A stretch of 64,000 nt of DNA. Source: Candidatus Caldarchaeum sp. GTDB taxonomy: Archaea; Thermoproteota; Nitrososphaeria_A; Caldarchaeales; Caldarchaeaceae. A program made the translations under genes and the position numbers. The stretch spans positions 128,432 through 192,431 of the forward strand of contig JAVZZH010000003.1 of the NCBI GenBank assembly GCA_038885755.1, in the 5' to 3' direction. Positions within the stretch are counted from its first letter, which is position 1, and each line of letters opens with the position of its first letter. Below the pieces are notes generated by a model. The model did no database searches, was not told the DNA's origin, and saw only the letters and a program-made list of their open reading frames with translations. Positions 1 to 10,205 of this stretch are shown here, piece after piece.

Positions 1-2
1 TG

Positions 3-1181
3 GTCGTCTTCCCCCTCCTCGGGGCAGTGTTCACCCTCGCGTCAGAAACAGGAGACGGGCCTCAAGCTCGTCAGCCCCTGCTCTTCATCGACATGGACGG
101 AGGAAGATACGCCGCAGTCCTGCAACAAGCCTTGAGGACGGCTGGCTTCAACCTAACAGTGCTACACGGCTCCAGCTTTGAAGTGGTGGGTTCGATGAAG
201 AGCCATCAAGCGAGAGCCGCCTTGGTTGTTGGGCAGGGGTTCACGCAGAGCTTGATCGACGGAAACAGGGCCGTGGCGGAGCTCTACGTATTGATAACCT
301 CAACCTCGGTCTCCGAGGTTCAGCGTGTCTCATCCATCGAATCACTTGTCCTGAAAGCCATCGAAGCCGTCGGCGAGGCCATCGCAGCCGAGTCCAACGT
401 CCCAGTCCAGCTATACAAGAAACCCATAGACTTGGCGGGCGGCCTCATCTACAGGGACAGGGTCATCACGGCCCAAGAAGCCCAGACGATGTTTCAGCAG
501 TACATATCGACGACTCTGTTCTTTCCGATTGTTCTGCTGATTGTGGTGGCTACGTCTGGAACGGTGGCGGCCACGAGCGTGGGTCTCGAGAAGGAGGCGA
601 AGACGCTCGAGATGCTGCTGACGCTTCCTATAAGTAGGATGAGCATCCTTGCTGCGAAGCTGATGGGCTCGACTCTAGTAGCTTTGCTGGGAACGGCCTC
701 TATGATGGCTGGGCTGTACTTCTACTTCTCGAGGATCGCTCCGGCTGCGGGGAACGGTGTCGGCATCCAACTCAGCCCGCTCAGCTTCGTCTTCCTCGGC
801 ATGGTTCTTTTCGTGGCCATGACTGCGACGCTCGGCATAGGGATTCTCGCCGGAGTGCTGGCTGGCGATGTGCGGGGAGGACAGCAGCTCGCAAGCTTGA
901 TGCAGATGCCGCTCATCCTGCCCCCATTCCTAGCGTTGATACTTGCGGATATCTCATCCATACCGCAGCCCTTCTCAACACTGCTGCTTTTAGACCCATA
1001 CACGCACATCATCATAGCCCTTCAGTATGTTTACGAAGAGGCTTACATGTCAGCGTTCATCCATGTTGCGGCGATGGTCGTGTTCACGCTAGGAGTTCTC
1101 ATGCTGGCTGCAGTGCTGTTCAGAGGGGAGAGGCTGATCACCATGCGGATAACTCTGGGAAAAAGAAGAAGACCCGTCTAG
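3..1181 (+). CDS. ABC-2 type transporter permease (NatB/YhfP-like), 5'-truncated by the window edge
   Basis: Frame is open to the left edge; extracellular loop followed by several TM helices; EKEAKTLEMLLTLP signature of ABC-2 permeases. Confidence 0.8.
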   Translation, partial: VVFPLLGAVFTLASETGDGPQARQPLLFIDMDGGRYAAVLQQALRTAGFNLTVLHGSSFEVVGSMKSHQARAALVVGQGFTQSLIDGNRAVAELYVLITSTSVSEVQRVSSIESLVLKAIEAVGEAIAAESNVPVQLYKKPIDLAGGLIYRDRVITAQEAQTMFQQYISTTLFFPIVLLIVVATSGTVAATSVGLEKEAKTLEMLLTLPISRMSILAAKLMGSTLVALLGTASMMAGLYFYFSRIAPAAGNGVGIQLSPLSFVFLGMVLFVAMTATLGIGILAGVLAGDVRGGQQLASLMQMPLILPPFLALILADISSIPQPFSTLLLLDPYTHIIIALQYVYEEAYMSAFIHVAAMVVFTLGVLMLAAVLFRGERLITMRITLGKRRRPV

Positions 1182-2803
1182 ACGAAGGCCTCGGCCGCCC
1201 TAACGTATCTGGCTCTCTCGGCAGCCGCTTTCACGAACCCCAGAAAAGCAGGCTCCGGCCTGTTCGGCCTAGACAGGTACTCTGGATGGAACTGCGTGGC
1301 TAGGAAGAACCTGTGGCGTGGATACTCGATTATCTCGACACGGTCTCCCTCAGGTGAAAAACCTGAAAAAACAAGCCCATGGTCGACAAGCTGGCTCCAG
1401 TACTTCTGGGATACTTCATAACGATGTCGATGGCGTTGACGAATCTCAGTAGCACCATAGAGAGTGTGTGCAAGCGTTCCCTCGACGATTCTGACGGCCG
1501 AGGCTCCCAGCCTCATCGTCCCGCCCAACCCCTTGACTCCACGCTGCTCAGGCATCAAGTCGATCACCGGATGTGGAGTAGACTGGTCAAGCTCCGTCGA
1601 GTTAGCTCCAGCTAGGCCCAGAACGTTCCTGGCGAACTCGACGACGGCGAGCTGTAATCCGAAGCAAAGCCCAAGAAAGGGGATGTTGTTCTCTCTAGTG
1701 TACCTTATGCATTCGATCATCCCCTCCGTGCCTCTTCTGCCGAACCCTCCCGGAACCAGCACGCCGCCGAACTGCTGAAGCTCCTCGACATTCCTGACTC
1801 CCCGCTCAAAATCCTCCGTGTTTATCCACTCGACGCTAACACGGTGGCCGATGTTTACCGCTGCATGGCTCAACGCCTCCTTGATGCTTACGTAGGAGTC
1901 GGCCAGCTTTGTGTACTTGCCGCAAACAGCTATCCTCAACTCGCTGGAGGCGTTCTCGTAAAGATTCATAACTCGACGCCATTCACTCCAGTCGGGAGAC
2001 GAGCACTGCAGCCCAAGCCTCCTGACTATGAAATCCCCCATCCCCTGCTCCTCGAGAATCATGGGAACCTTGTAGATGAACTCGACGTCGTAGGACGAGA
2101 AGACAGCTTTCTCGGAGATCGTTCCGAAGAGAGCGATCTTGCGCCGAGCCTCCAAGTCGACTGGGGTCTCGCTCCTCGCCACTATGATGTCGGGCTGTAT
2201 GCCCAGCGCCCTCAGCATGTTTACGCTGTGTTGAAGAGCTTTAGTCTTGAACTCGCCGGTGGCCTTCAACGTCAAAACCAAAGCCACGTGGATGAAGAGA
2301 GTGTTTTCAACACCTTCCTCCAGCCTCATCTGCCGAACAGCCTCGAGGAAAGGCTGGCCCTCGATGTCTCCCACAGTCCCGCCCACCTCGACGATCAACA
2401 CGTCCACGTCTCTCGAAGCATCCCTAATCCGCCGCTTTATCTCGTCGGTGATGTGGGGAACTATCTGGACGCACTGGCCGAGGTAGTCGCCCCGCCTCTC
2501 CCTGCTGATGACCTCGGCGTAAACCTGCCCGGTGGTTATGTTGTTGAGCTTCGTCGTCCTGATGTCTAAAAACCGCTCGTACCATCCAAGGTCTAGGTCT
2601 GTCTCCCCGCCGTCGTCTGTCACGAAGACCTCGCCGTGTGAGAAAGGGTTGAGAGTTCCGGCGTCAACGTTGACGTAAGGGTCTATCTTGACGAAGCCTG
2701 TCTTGACTCCTCTGGTTTGGAGAATTTTACCGACGGAGGCGGCGACGGTGCCCTTGCCCACGCTGCTTACTACGCCGCCGGTTACGAAGACATACTTCTG
2801 CAT
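1178..2803 (-). CDS. pyrG: CTP synthase
   Basis: KYVFVTGGVVSSVGKG, KIDPYVNVDAGT, GATase GLCFGLQ, RHRHRYE and QFHPE motifs. Confidence 0.99.
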   Translation of the reverse strand: MQKYVFVTGGVVSSVGKGTVAASVGKILQTRGVKTGFVKIDPYVNVDAGTLNPFSHGEVFVTDDGGETDLDLGWYERFLDIRTTKLNNITTGQVYAEVISRERRGDYLGQCVQIVPHITDEIKRRIRDASRDVDVLIVEVGGTVGDIEGQPFLEAVRQMRLEEGVENTLFIHVALVLTLKATGEFKTKALQHSVNMLRALGIQPDIIVARSETPVDLEARRKIALFGTISEKAVFSSYDVEFIYKVPMILEEQGMGDFIVRRLGLQCSSPDWSEWRRVMNLYENASSELRIAVCGKYTKLADSYVSIKEALSHAAVNIGHRVSVEWINTEDFERGVRNVEELQQFGGVLVPGGFGRRGTEGMIECIRYTRENNIPFLGLCFGLQLAVVEFARNVLGLAGANSTELDQSTPHPVIDLMPEQRGVKGLGGTMRLGASAVRIVEGTLAHTLYGATEIRQRHRHRYEVSQKYWSQLVDHGLVFSGFSPEGDRVEIIEYPRHRFFLATQFHPEYLSRPNRPEPAFLGFVKAAAERARYVRAAEAFV

Positions 2804-2842
2804 AGGTAGGTTTGTTCGTGGGTAGATAAAGACCTTTCGAGC

Positions 2843-4279
2843 CTATACCTGTTTTGTGCTTGACAGTTTGACGTTGGGGATGAAGAGGTAGAGGACTAGG
2901 GTTGTCAAGGCTGCGGCTAGTGCGATTATCATGGAGTAGCTGAGGGCTGAGACGAACTGGGCTTTTTCGAGGGCCGTCAACACCACTTGAGCGTCTCCAA
3001 CTCCTTCAACCCTTCTCACGACCGATGACAAAGGTATCCACATCACAGCCGCGGCTATGGCTCCTCCAATCAGACGCAGGAAGCTGAGAAGAGACGTGGC
3101 CACGCCTAGGACGCTGCGGGGTACGAGAGTCTGAGTGGTTATGAGGAACGTCGAGACCGTGAACCCCATTCCCAAACCTATCAGGGCCAGACCCGTGAGG
3201 GTGACTGGGAGGCCTAAGCCCAGCATGGTCAGCAAGGCTGCGCCGGCCACCAGTGCGATGCCGCTAACGTAGACGGGTGTTTTTACGCTGGATCTGACGA
3301 CGACTCTGGCGGCCATGTTCGCCGCAGCAACCCATCCGAGAACCAGCGGCAGCAACAGCATCCCTGAGTTGGTTGCTGAGAAGCTTAGAGCCCACTGGAG
3401 GTAGAGCGGCATGTATGCTATGACTCCGAAGAAGATGAAGCCGGCGAGGAAGTTGCCCATGAAGCCCGTTCTGAGAACCTTTTCTTTGAAGAGCTGCAGA
3501 GGTATCAGAGGTGCCTCCGACCTTCGTTCGTTGTAGAGGAAGACCGTGAACGCCGCCCCCGACAGTAGAAGCATGAGCACGAGAGGACCGCTTGCTTGCA
3601 CCTCGTTCAGATAAATCAGGAGCGTCGTCGCCGCCAACATGAACAGGACAGCTCCCTTCACATCGACCCTCGCCTTGTTGTCGACGGTGTTTTTCAACTG
3701 CTTCAGACCGATCAGCATGCAGACAACTCCTGCGGGAATGTTTATCAGGAATATCCACCGCCAGCCGACGGAGTCGACTATCAGACCTCCCAGCGGAGGG
3801 CCTACGATGCTGGCTGAAGCCCATACCGAGGAGGTGTACCCCGTCGCCCTAGCCCTCTCCTTAAGGCTGAAAAGCTCCCCGATCAACGTGAACGTGAGTA
3901 TCAGCAGGGCCCCTCCTCCAAGCCCCTGAACCGCCCTGAAAACTATCAGCTGAAGCATGTCTGACGCCAAGCCGCAGAGAAGACTCCCAGCCAAGAACAA
4001 CGCCAGCCCAACTAGGTACACTGTCTTCCTGCCATAAACATCGCTGAACCTGCCCCACAAAGGCCCTGAAACAGTCGAGGTGAGTATGTAAGCCGTGAAC
4101 GCCCAGCTGTATATCTCCAAGCCACGCAGAGAGCTTACTATGCTGGGCATGGCGACGGCCACTACGGTCGAGTCGACGGCTGCTAGGAAGATTCCCAGCA
4201 ACAGCCCAGCTAGCAGCAGTCGTTGACGGCTTTCAGCCATTAGTTTCATCGATGGAGCGCTTGGATTTAATTGTGTCAT
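2843..4279 (-). CDS. MFS transporter, EmrB/QacA (DHA2) family; start may be 4249 or 4240
   Basis: DSTVVAVAMPSI, GRFSDVYGRK motif A, FRAVQGLGGG, WRWIFLINIP. Confidence 0.92.
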   Translation of the reverse strand: MTQLNPSAPSMKLMAESRQRLLLAGLLLGIFLAAVDSTVVAVAMPSIVSSLRGLEIYSWAFTAYILTSTVSGPLWGRFSDVYGRKTVYLVGLALFLAGSLLCGLASDMLQLIVFRAVQGLGGGALLILTFTLIGELFSLKERARATGYTSSVWASASIVGPPLGGLIVDSVGWRWIFLINIPAGVVCMLIGLKQLKNTVDNKARVDVKGAVLFMLAATTLLIYLNEVQASGPLVLMLLLSGAAFTVFLYNERRSEAPLIPLQLFKEKVLRTGFMGNFLAGFIFFGVIAYMPLYLQWALSFSATNSGMLLLPLVLGWVAAANMAARVVVRSSVKTPVYVSGIALVAGAALLTMLGLGLPVTLTGLALIGLGMGFTVSTFLITTQTLVPRSVLGVATSLLSFLRLIGGAIAAAVMWIPLSSVVRRVEGVGDAQVVLTALEKAQFVSALSYSMIIALAAALTTLVLYLFIPNVKLSSTKQV

Positions 4280-4344
4280 ATGGGTTTGGATGTTTGTTTT
4301 CAGGAAAGGCTTTAAATCCCAGCGACAAAACCATGCATTAAAGT

Positions 4345-4941
4345 ATGCCTAAGAAGAAGCGTGGCAGCGAGACATCTTTCAGAACCTACTTGGCGTTCGT
4401 GCCGGCGGGTTTACTGGTCGCTTTTATCGTGTACCTAGTGGCTGTTCCACCCTCTCCCAACATCTCGACAACCGGTGGCACGGTCCAGAACACGGTTGCT
4501 ACAGGTTCTCAGGCTCCTGCCTTCAGCCTCAACCTCATAGATTCAAACGGTCTCAAGAACGAGGTCTTCGAGTTTAACCCGGCAAGCGGGAAACTCGTCT
4601 TCGTCGACTTTATTCACGAGTGGTGCGGCCACTGCCGCAACATGGCCCCAGTCATAGAAAGGCTGTACGAGAACTACAAGGACAAGGGGGTCGAGTTCAT
4701 CACGGTTGCTGGGGGGCACAACACTGATGCGCAGAAGACGTCTGACTACTTGCGACAGTTCGGAGTTAGCTGGACGACGGTTTTCGACCAGCAGCTCAGC
4801 GTCTTCAACAAATACGGCGTTAGAGGAACGCCCACCTACTTCATCATAAGCCCCGGCGGCTCTATATTAGCCAAGTTTGAGGGGGAGCAGGCTTACGAGA
4901 CGCTCGCCCGAGAGCTCGACAAGTATGTGGTCGTGAGGTAG
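4345..4941 (+). CDS. Membrane-anchored TlpA/ResA-like thioredoxin
   Basis: N-terminal TM helix, WCGHC active site, YGVRGTPT cis-Pro loop. Confidence 0.9.
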   Translation: MPKKKRGSETSFRTYLAFVPAGLLVAFIVYLVAVPPSPNISTTGGTVQNTVATGSQAPAFSLNLIDSNGLKNEVFEFNPASGKLVFVDFIHEWCGHCRNMAPVIERLYENYKDKGVEFITVAGGHNTDAQKTSDYLRQFGVSWTTVFDQQLSVFNKYGVRGTPTYFIISPGGSILAKFEGEQAYETLARELDKYVVVR

Positions 4942-4942
4942 G

Positions 4943-5380
4943 GTGCTCTCTCTCCATCTGGCTGCAGCCTTATCTCTGGCCGGCTTGGTTCTCTCGCTCT
5001 ACCTGACTGTAGCTCCTGTTCCAGAGTTCTGCGAGATCACGTCATTCGTTTCATGCGACCGAGTTCTATCAAGCCCCTACGCCAAGCTTCTAGGAATCCC
5101 AACCGCCATGTACGGAGCCGCTTGGTTCGCAGCCGCCTCCTCTACCGCTCTTCTGGCCGTTGACAGGAGGCCGGCTCTGAAGCTGTTGGTTGCGTGGTCG
5201 GCTGCAGGCGCTGCTGGAGTCGCTGTGCTTGTCTACGTCGAGCTCTTCCTCATAAACGCTGTATGCCTGCTCTGCACGGCCGCCCACGTCTTGATACTGG
5301 CAGTTCTCGGGTTGTCGGTTTACGAGCTCCGCCGACAGCAGCTAACGTTCACGACGAAGCAGACAACACAAGCGTACTAG
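4943..5380 (+). CDS. Vitamin K epoxide reductase (VKOR) family protein
   Basis: C-x7-CDRVLSSPYA and CLLC motifs, 4 TM helices. Confidence 0.92.
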   Translation: MLSLHLAAALSLAGLVLSLYLTVAPVPEFCEITSFVSCDRVLSSPYAKLLGIPTAMYGAAWFAAASSTALLAVDRRPALKLLVAWSAAGAAGVAVLVYVELFLINAVCLLCTAAHVLILAVLGLSVYELRRQQLTFTTKQTTQAY

Positions 5381-5696
5381 CCGATGCGGCTACGATGAAA
5401 AAAGAAAGCCCTAGATGTATCAGTGAGGCTGCTTCGACCTCTGCGAGTATGAACAACCCAGCGATGCCCTGAACGACGAAAAGAAGGGTGAGGAACGCCA
5501 CATCGGCTGAGATGCGTAGTTTTTCACGCCTCGTGCTTCTCGTCAAGCCCATGAGGATGAGGAATGTGACTACTCCCAGACCTATGTGAGCGGGAGTTGC
5601 CACGGCTGGGTCGGCTAGGTTCATTCTCATGGCTATTCCCTGCGCGAGTTGGGCAGCGGCCAGGGCTAGGACGAGTGCCAAGGCTCGGATTATCAT
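5349..5696 (-). CDS. Small 4-TM membrane protein resembling a CtaA/COX15 half-domain
   Basis: Repeated Q-x-x-x-G ... H pattern (QLAQG...PAH; VQGIAG...LIHLGLS). Confidence 0.4.
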   Translation of the reverse strand: MIIRALALVLALAAAQLAQGIAMRMNLADPAVATPAHIGLGVVTFLILMGLTRSTRREKLRISADVAFLTLLFVVQGIAGLFILAEVEAASLIHLGLSFFIVAASASTLVLSASS

Positions 5697-5770
5697 GGTT
5701 TGACGGATGTTTGAGGCTGTTTAAAAACCTAAAACACGGCGAATCGTTAAAAAGACGTGAATAAGCGTGT

Positions 5771-5790
5771 TTCGTTGTAAATTTGACGAA
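5771..5790. promoter_or_regulatory. Candidate operator (TTCGT-N10-ACGAA with AAATTT core) in the divergent region upstream of glnA
   Basis: Inverted repeat seen in the sequence, flanked by AATAAGC/GCTTATT. Confidence 0.3.
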
Positions 5791-5863
5791 CCAAACGAAT
5801 AAATATCGGCTTATTACCATAGTTCTTCTTGTTGATGGGGCGGACGGAAACATGCAGGAAGCC

Positions 5864-7306
5864 ATGCCTAAACAATGGTCGATGACTGTGGAGGATGTTT
5901 TCAAGGCTGTCGAGAAGAACGACATCAAGTTCATAGACCTTCAGCTCACCGACCTGCTGGGCAAGCTGCACCACATAACCATTTCAACACGCTACATGGA
6001 TGAGAAGACTTTCACGGAGGGGGTTGCGAAGCTCGACGGCTCCTCAATCAGAGGGTTCGCCGAGATACACGAATCGGACATGCTGCTCAAGCCAGACCCG
6101 TCGACGTTCGCCGTGATTCCATGGAGCCTAGACGGAAAGAGAACAGCCCGTATGCTGTGCGACGTTTACAAGGGATACGGCGGCGGAAGGTTCAGCAGAG
6201 ACCCGCGCTACGCAGCTCAGAAAGCCGAAGAATACCTCAAGACCCTCGGCTACGACACATCCTACTGGGGGCCCGAGATAGAGTTCTTCGTCTTCGACAG
6301 AGTCCAGTGGGATGCGACATCGCCCTACCAGGGAGTTAGCTACAAGATCGAATCACGGGAGGCTGCTTGGAACGGCGACGGAACATCCCTGCCCATCAGG
6401 TTCAAGGAAGGCTACTACCCTGCGCCGCCTCAGGACACGTTGATGGAGTACAGGAACGAGGTCTGCCGAGTTCTCACGGACTATTTTGGAGTGGAGATAG
6501 ATGCTCACCATCACGAGGTTGCGACAGCTGGGCAGTGCGAGATAGACATGAGGTTCGACACACTGGTCAAGATGGCTGACAAGGCCCAGACCTACAAGTA
6601 CGTCGTGAGAAACGTCGCAAGCCAGATGGGTATGGTGGCTACCTTCATGCCTAAGCCGATCTTCGGCGACAACGCTTCAGGCATGCATGTACACGTAAGC
6701 CTGTGGAACAAAGGCGTCAACCTATTCTACGACGAGAACGACGAATACGCCGAGCTCAGCCAGACGGGTAGGTACTTTGTGGGAGGGCTGCTGGAGCACA
6801 GCAGGGCCCTTACAGCCATAACAAACCCGACAACAAACTCTTACAGAAGGCTCGTCCCCGGCTACGAGGCTCCCGTGTTCATAGCTTGGAGCAGGTCCAA
6901 CAGGTCCGCCAACATAAGAGTGCCAGTCTACTACCGCGGCCGTGGAGGAAGCAAGAGCAAGCGTATTGAGTTCAGGACTCCAGACACCTCCTCAAACCCC
7001 TACCTTTGCTTCGCGGCTATAGCTGCTGCCGGGGCCGACGGAATCAAGAAGAAGATCGACCCCGGGGATCCGGTCAACGAGGACATCTACAAGCTCAGTC
7101 CTGAGAGGCGTCGCCAGCTAGGCATACGAGAGCTTCCGGGGAACCTCAGGGAGGCTGTTGAGGAGCTGCTCAGCGACAACGAGTTCCTGAAACCCGTCAT
7201 GTCCGATGACCTGCTGGAAGTGATGACCGAGCTACAGCTGAAATCCTTCATAGACGTCAGCACAAAGCCGCACCCCTACGAGTTCTACCTCTACTTCGAC
7301 GTGTGA
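5864..7306 (+). CDS. glnA: Glutamine synthetase type I (start ATG 5852 or 5864)
   Basis: [59 protein letters not shown]. Confidence 0.99.
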   Translation: MPKQWSMTVEDVFKAVEKNDIKFIDLQLTDLLGKLHHITISTRYMDEKTFTEGVAKLDGSSIRGFAEIHESDMLLKPDPSTFAVIPWSLDGKRTARMLCDVYKGYGGGRFSRDPRYAAQKAEEYLKTLGYDTSYWGPEIEFFVFDRVQWDATSPYQGVSYKIESREAAWNGDGTSLPIRFKEGYYPAPPQDTLMEYRNEVCRVLTDYFGVEIDAHHHEVATAGQCEIDMRFDTLVKMADKAQTYKYVVRNVASQMGMVATFMPKPIFGDNASGMHVHVSLWNKGVNLFYDENDEYAELSQTGRYFVGGLLEHSRALTAITNPTTNSYRRLVPGYEAPVFIAWSRSNRSANIRVPVYYRGRGGSKSKRIEFRTPDTSSNPYLCFAAIAAAGADGIKKKIDPGDPVNEDIYKLSPERRRQLGIRELPGNLREAVEELLSDNEFLKPVMSDDLLEVMTELQLKSFIDVSTKPHPYEFYLYFDV

Positions 7307-7312
7307 AGCCGT

Positions 7313-7567
7313 ATGGTAAAGGCCTACGTTCTGGTCTCGACGAAGCCAGGGACGTCTGAGGAGGTTACCAACTATCTCAAGGAAGCGCGAAACATCAAAG
7401 GCGTTGTCTCAGCCGACTCCGTCTTCGGAAGATACGACGCGATAATAACGGTTGAGGTCGACGGCTTGGCTGAGCTCTCGCAGCTCATATACAAAGTGAT
7501 CGAGAAAGTCCCCAACGTCGTGCGGACTGAGACGTGTATCGTTTTGTTCAGCGAGTCGGGAAGATGA
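7313..7567 (+). CDS. Stand-alone Lrp/AsnC ligand-binding (RAM) domain protein
   Basis: AYVLV...VFGRYDAII...VVRTET pattern, no HTH. Confidence 0.9.
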   Translation: MVKAYVLVSTKPGTSEEVTNYLKEARNIKGVVSADSVFGRYDAIITVEVDGLAELSQLIYKVIEKVPNVVRTETCIVLFSESGR

Positions 7568-7930
7568 ATGACCAAGATAATGGCTTACGTGCTTGTTAAG
7601 ACAGAGCCCGGAACCTCTCATGAGATAGTGGCTTCCCGCAGCCTACCCGGAGTCAAAATGGCTCACAGCGTTTTCGGACGATACGACGCCGTCCTCGTCG
7701 TGTCCGCCGACAACCTTTCAGACCTTTCGAACAAGGTTTACGAGGCTGTGGGCAAGCATCCCCGCGTGGTCAAGGTGGAGACGCTTGTATGCATGCCTAC
7801 CGTCGTCGAAGAGCCTCCCAAAAAACGGGAGGAGCTTCGCCTCGTCACCTCCTTCCACTGCCCCAGCTGCCGGTCTTTGAACGAGGTCGGGTCGAAGGTC
7901 TGCTTTTTCTGCGGCTACAGTTTTGCTTGA
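7568..7930 (+). CDS. Lrp/AsnC RAM domain with C-terminal zinc ribbon
   Basis: VFGRYDAVL RAM motif followed by CPSC...CFFCG. Confidence 0.85.
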   Translation: MTKIMAYVLVKTEPGTSHEIVASRSLPGVKMAHSVFGRYDAVLVVSADNLSDLSNKVYEAVGKHPRVVKVETLVCMPTVVEEPPKKREELRLVTSFHCPSCRSLNEVGSKVCFFCGYSFA

Positions 7931-7974
7931 CACATGTTTATATTAACGTCTGTCGGGGTTTATTGGAGGAGTGC

Positions 7975-8205
7975 ATGCCCATAGCTTTTCTCCTACTCAA
8001 CGTTAAGCTCGGACACGAAGAGGATGTAATAAACTCCCTCAAGTCTGTCAAGGAGGTGAAGTATGCTCAGCGTGTTTACGGTGTTTACGACACGGTTGTG
8101 AAGGTGGAGGCTGATTCGATGGACGCCCTCAAGCAGGTTGTCAACATGAAGATTAAGAAGATCGAGAACATCACGTCGGTTGTTTCGTTGATCGTTATGG
8201 GTTGA
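7975..8205 (+). CDS. Stand-alone Lrp/AsnC RAM domain protein
   Basis: MPIAFLLLNV...VYGVYDTVVKVE; GGAGG SD before ATG 7975. Confidence 0.9.
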   Translation: MPIAFLLLNVKLGHEEDVINSLKSVKEVKYAQRVYGVYDTVVKVEADSMDALKQVVNMKIKKIENITSVVSLIVMG

Positions 8206-8246
8206 CGGAAGTGGGTTCGCCAGCCCTCTCAGAAGGGTAGTGAAGT

Positions 8247-9827
8247 ATGTCTGCTGTACGGAGGTTTGCGATACCGAGGGGGGAGGTAAACAACATAGAG
8301 TTCAAGGAGCGTCTAGTCCCAGAGCTGCATCTGAGGGTTGAGAAGAGACAGAAGCTCGCCAGCCAGATGAAGCATCGCCTTGAGCTAGGCGACGGGACTG
8401 CGGTCTACATCCTCGGAGTGAGGAACGACGGCAGCTCGGCCGGGGTGTCGGAGATCGAGATGGAGGAAAGCCTCGGGGTGCTGAAGCAGATTGCGGCCGA
8501 CTGCGGCGCCTCGGTCGTAAAGGTTGAGAGGTTTAGCGAAAACGGCGGCGTTATCGCTAAGGTGGTTTTGTCGTCCTCTGCCGAGCCCAGCAAGAACCAT
8601 GTAGTGGTTTCGGTGGCGGGGCATGTGAACCACGGCAAATCCACTTTCCTAGCCTGCCTCATAACCGGTGAGAGGGACGACGGGAAGAAATGGCTGTATC
8701 TCGACACGCTGCCCCACGAGGTGGAGAGGAACTTGTCGGCAGACCTTCACTTCGCCGTCTTAGGGTTCAGGGGGAATCAGCCGCAGTTTTTGAAGAACCC
8801 GCTGGACCGGAACGAGAGGATCAGGGTCATCAGGGAGTCTGAGAGGATTGTCAGCTTCGTCGACACGGTGGGTCATGAGCCTTGGCTGCGGACGACGATA
8901 AGGGGGCTGCTGGGTCAGGAGATTGATTATGGTTTTTTGGTCGTTTCCGCGGACGACGGCCCGACACACATCACCAAGGAGCATCTCGGGATTATGCTGG
9001 CGATGGAGCTGCCTGTGGTTGTTTGCATAACCAAGACCGACAAAGTGAAGGCGGAGAGGGTTAAGGCTGTCGAGGAGGAGATAAGCGCCCTTCTCAAGCG
9101 AGTGGGCCGTGTACCGATATCCGTCAAGTCTGAGGACGACGTCAACCTCGTAGCCGACAAGCTTTCCGTGGTGGTTCCCGTGCTCAAGACTTCGGCGGTT
9201 TCGAGGGAGGGCTACGACTTGGTTTACTCGCTCCTCCGCTCCCTCCCCGTAAGGCCCAGAAGCCACGACCAGCCTTTCCTGCTGTACGTCGACAGAGTAT
9301 ACAACGTTGAGGGTGTTGGCGCTGTGGTGTCGGGCTCAGTCAAGCAGGGCAGGCTGAAGGCCGGTTCAGAGCTGTTGGTCGGGCCTACCGTTAAAGGCGA
9401 GTATGTGAAGGTTAGGGCTAGGAGCATAGAGATGCATTACACAAGGCTGACGGAGGCTCAGCCGGGATGCATCGTCGGCATAGCGGTTAAAGGTGTTCGA
9501 GAGGACTTGATAAGACGTGGAATGATTCTCTGCGACCCGTCGCTGGAGCCGGCCAGCGTCTGGAGCTTCGAGGCCGACGTCACTGTTCTGTCGCATCCTA
9601 CGAGGATTGGAGACGGGTACGAGCCGATAATCCACGCCCACACGATAGCCTCGACGGCCCGCCTCAAGATGCTCGATAGACCATACCTCAAAGCCGGAGA
9701 ATCGGGCAGGGTCGAGGTTAGATTCAAGTACAGGCCTTTCTTCATCCAGCAAGGCGACAGGTTTGTTTTCCGCGAGGGGAAAACTAAGGGGATTGGAGAG
9801 GTCGTTAAGCTGGTTGACGTTAACTAG
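8247..9827 (+). CDS. Translational GTPase of the GTPBP1/GPBP (EF-Tu-like) family
   Basis: NIEFKE N-terminal domain, GHVNHGKST, DTVGHE, TKTD, EF-Tu domains II/III ending FREGKTKGIG. Confidence 0.9.
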   Translation: MSAVRRFAIPRGEVNNIEFKERLVPELHLRVEKRQKLASQMKHRLELGDGTAVYILGVRNDGSSAGVSEIEMEESLGVLKQIAADCGASVVKVERFSENGGVIAKVVLSSSAEPSKNHVVVSVAGHVNHGKSTFLACLITGERDDGKKWLYLDTLPHEVERNLSADLHFAVLGFRGNQPQFLKNPLDRNERIRVIRESERIVSFVDTVGHEPWLRTTIRGLLGQEIDYGFLVVSADDGPTHITKEHLGIMLAMELPVVVCITKTDKVKAERVKAVEEEISALLKRVGRVPISVKSEDDVNLVADKLSVVVPVLKTSAVSREGYDLVYSLLRSLPVRPRSHDQPFLLYVDRVYNVEGVGAVVSGSVKQGRLKAGSELLVGPTVKGEYVKVRARSIEMHYTRLTEAQPGCIVGIAVKGVREDLIRRGMILCDPSLEPASVWSFEADVTVLSHPTRIGDGYEPIIHAHTIASTARLKMLDRPYLKAGESGRVEVRFKYRPFFIQQGDRFVFREGKTKGIGEVVKLVDVN

Positions 9828-10155
9828 CTCCTAGCTTTACCTTCAAAAAATCGGGTATGGCTCCACGTTTGGCTAGCTCGAGAGCTTGGTTGTGTGTGAA
9901 CCTCCACCACACATCACCACGGCTCTCCTTCTGAAAATCCCATGGAGAGACAAGGACGAGGTCTCCTTCTTTAATCCATATACGTCGTTTCAACTGCCCC
10001 CTGATCCTACAGATCCGCTGCTTACCGTCGGCGCAGTCCACCAACAACCTGTCATAGCCATACATCTTGCTCACCACGCCGTAGACATCGCCCGGCCCCG
10101 GCTCAACCATCTTGTCAAGCTCATCCGGCTCCGAGACTATCTTCCGCTTACCCAT
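9820..10155 (-). CDS. eif1a: Translation initiation factor aIF-1A
   Basis: CADGKQRICRIRGQLKRRIWIKEGDLVLVSPWDFQ; ATG at 10155. Confidence 0.97.
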   Translation of the reverse strand: MGKRKIVSEPDELDKMVEPGPGDVYGVVSKMYGYDRLLVDCADGKQRICRIRGQLKRRIWIKEGDLVLVSPWDFQKESRGDVWWRFTHNQALELAKRGAIPDFLKVKLGAS

Positions 10156-10205
10156 CGAGTTGACACCGGAGATCAACACCATTCAGCGGTATTTAGGCTA
10201 ATAAT

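Noticed and set aside
5783-5851. TTG-initiated extension of glnA
   Set aside because: It runs through AT-rich promoter-like DNA; GS similarity begins after ATG 5852/5864.
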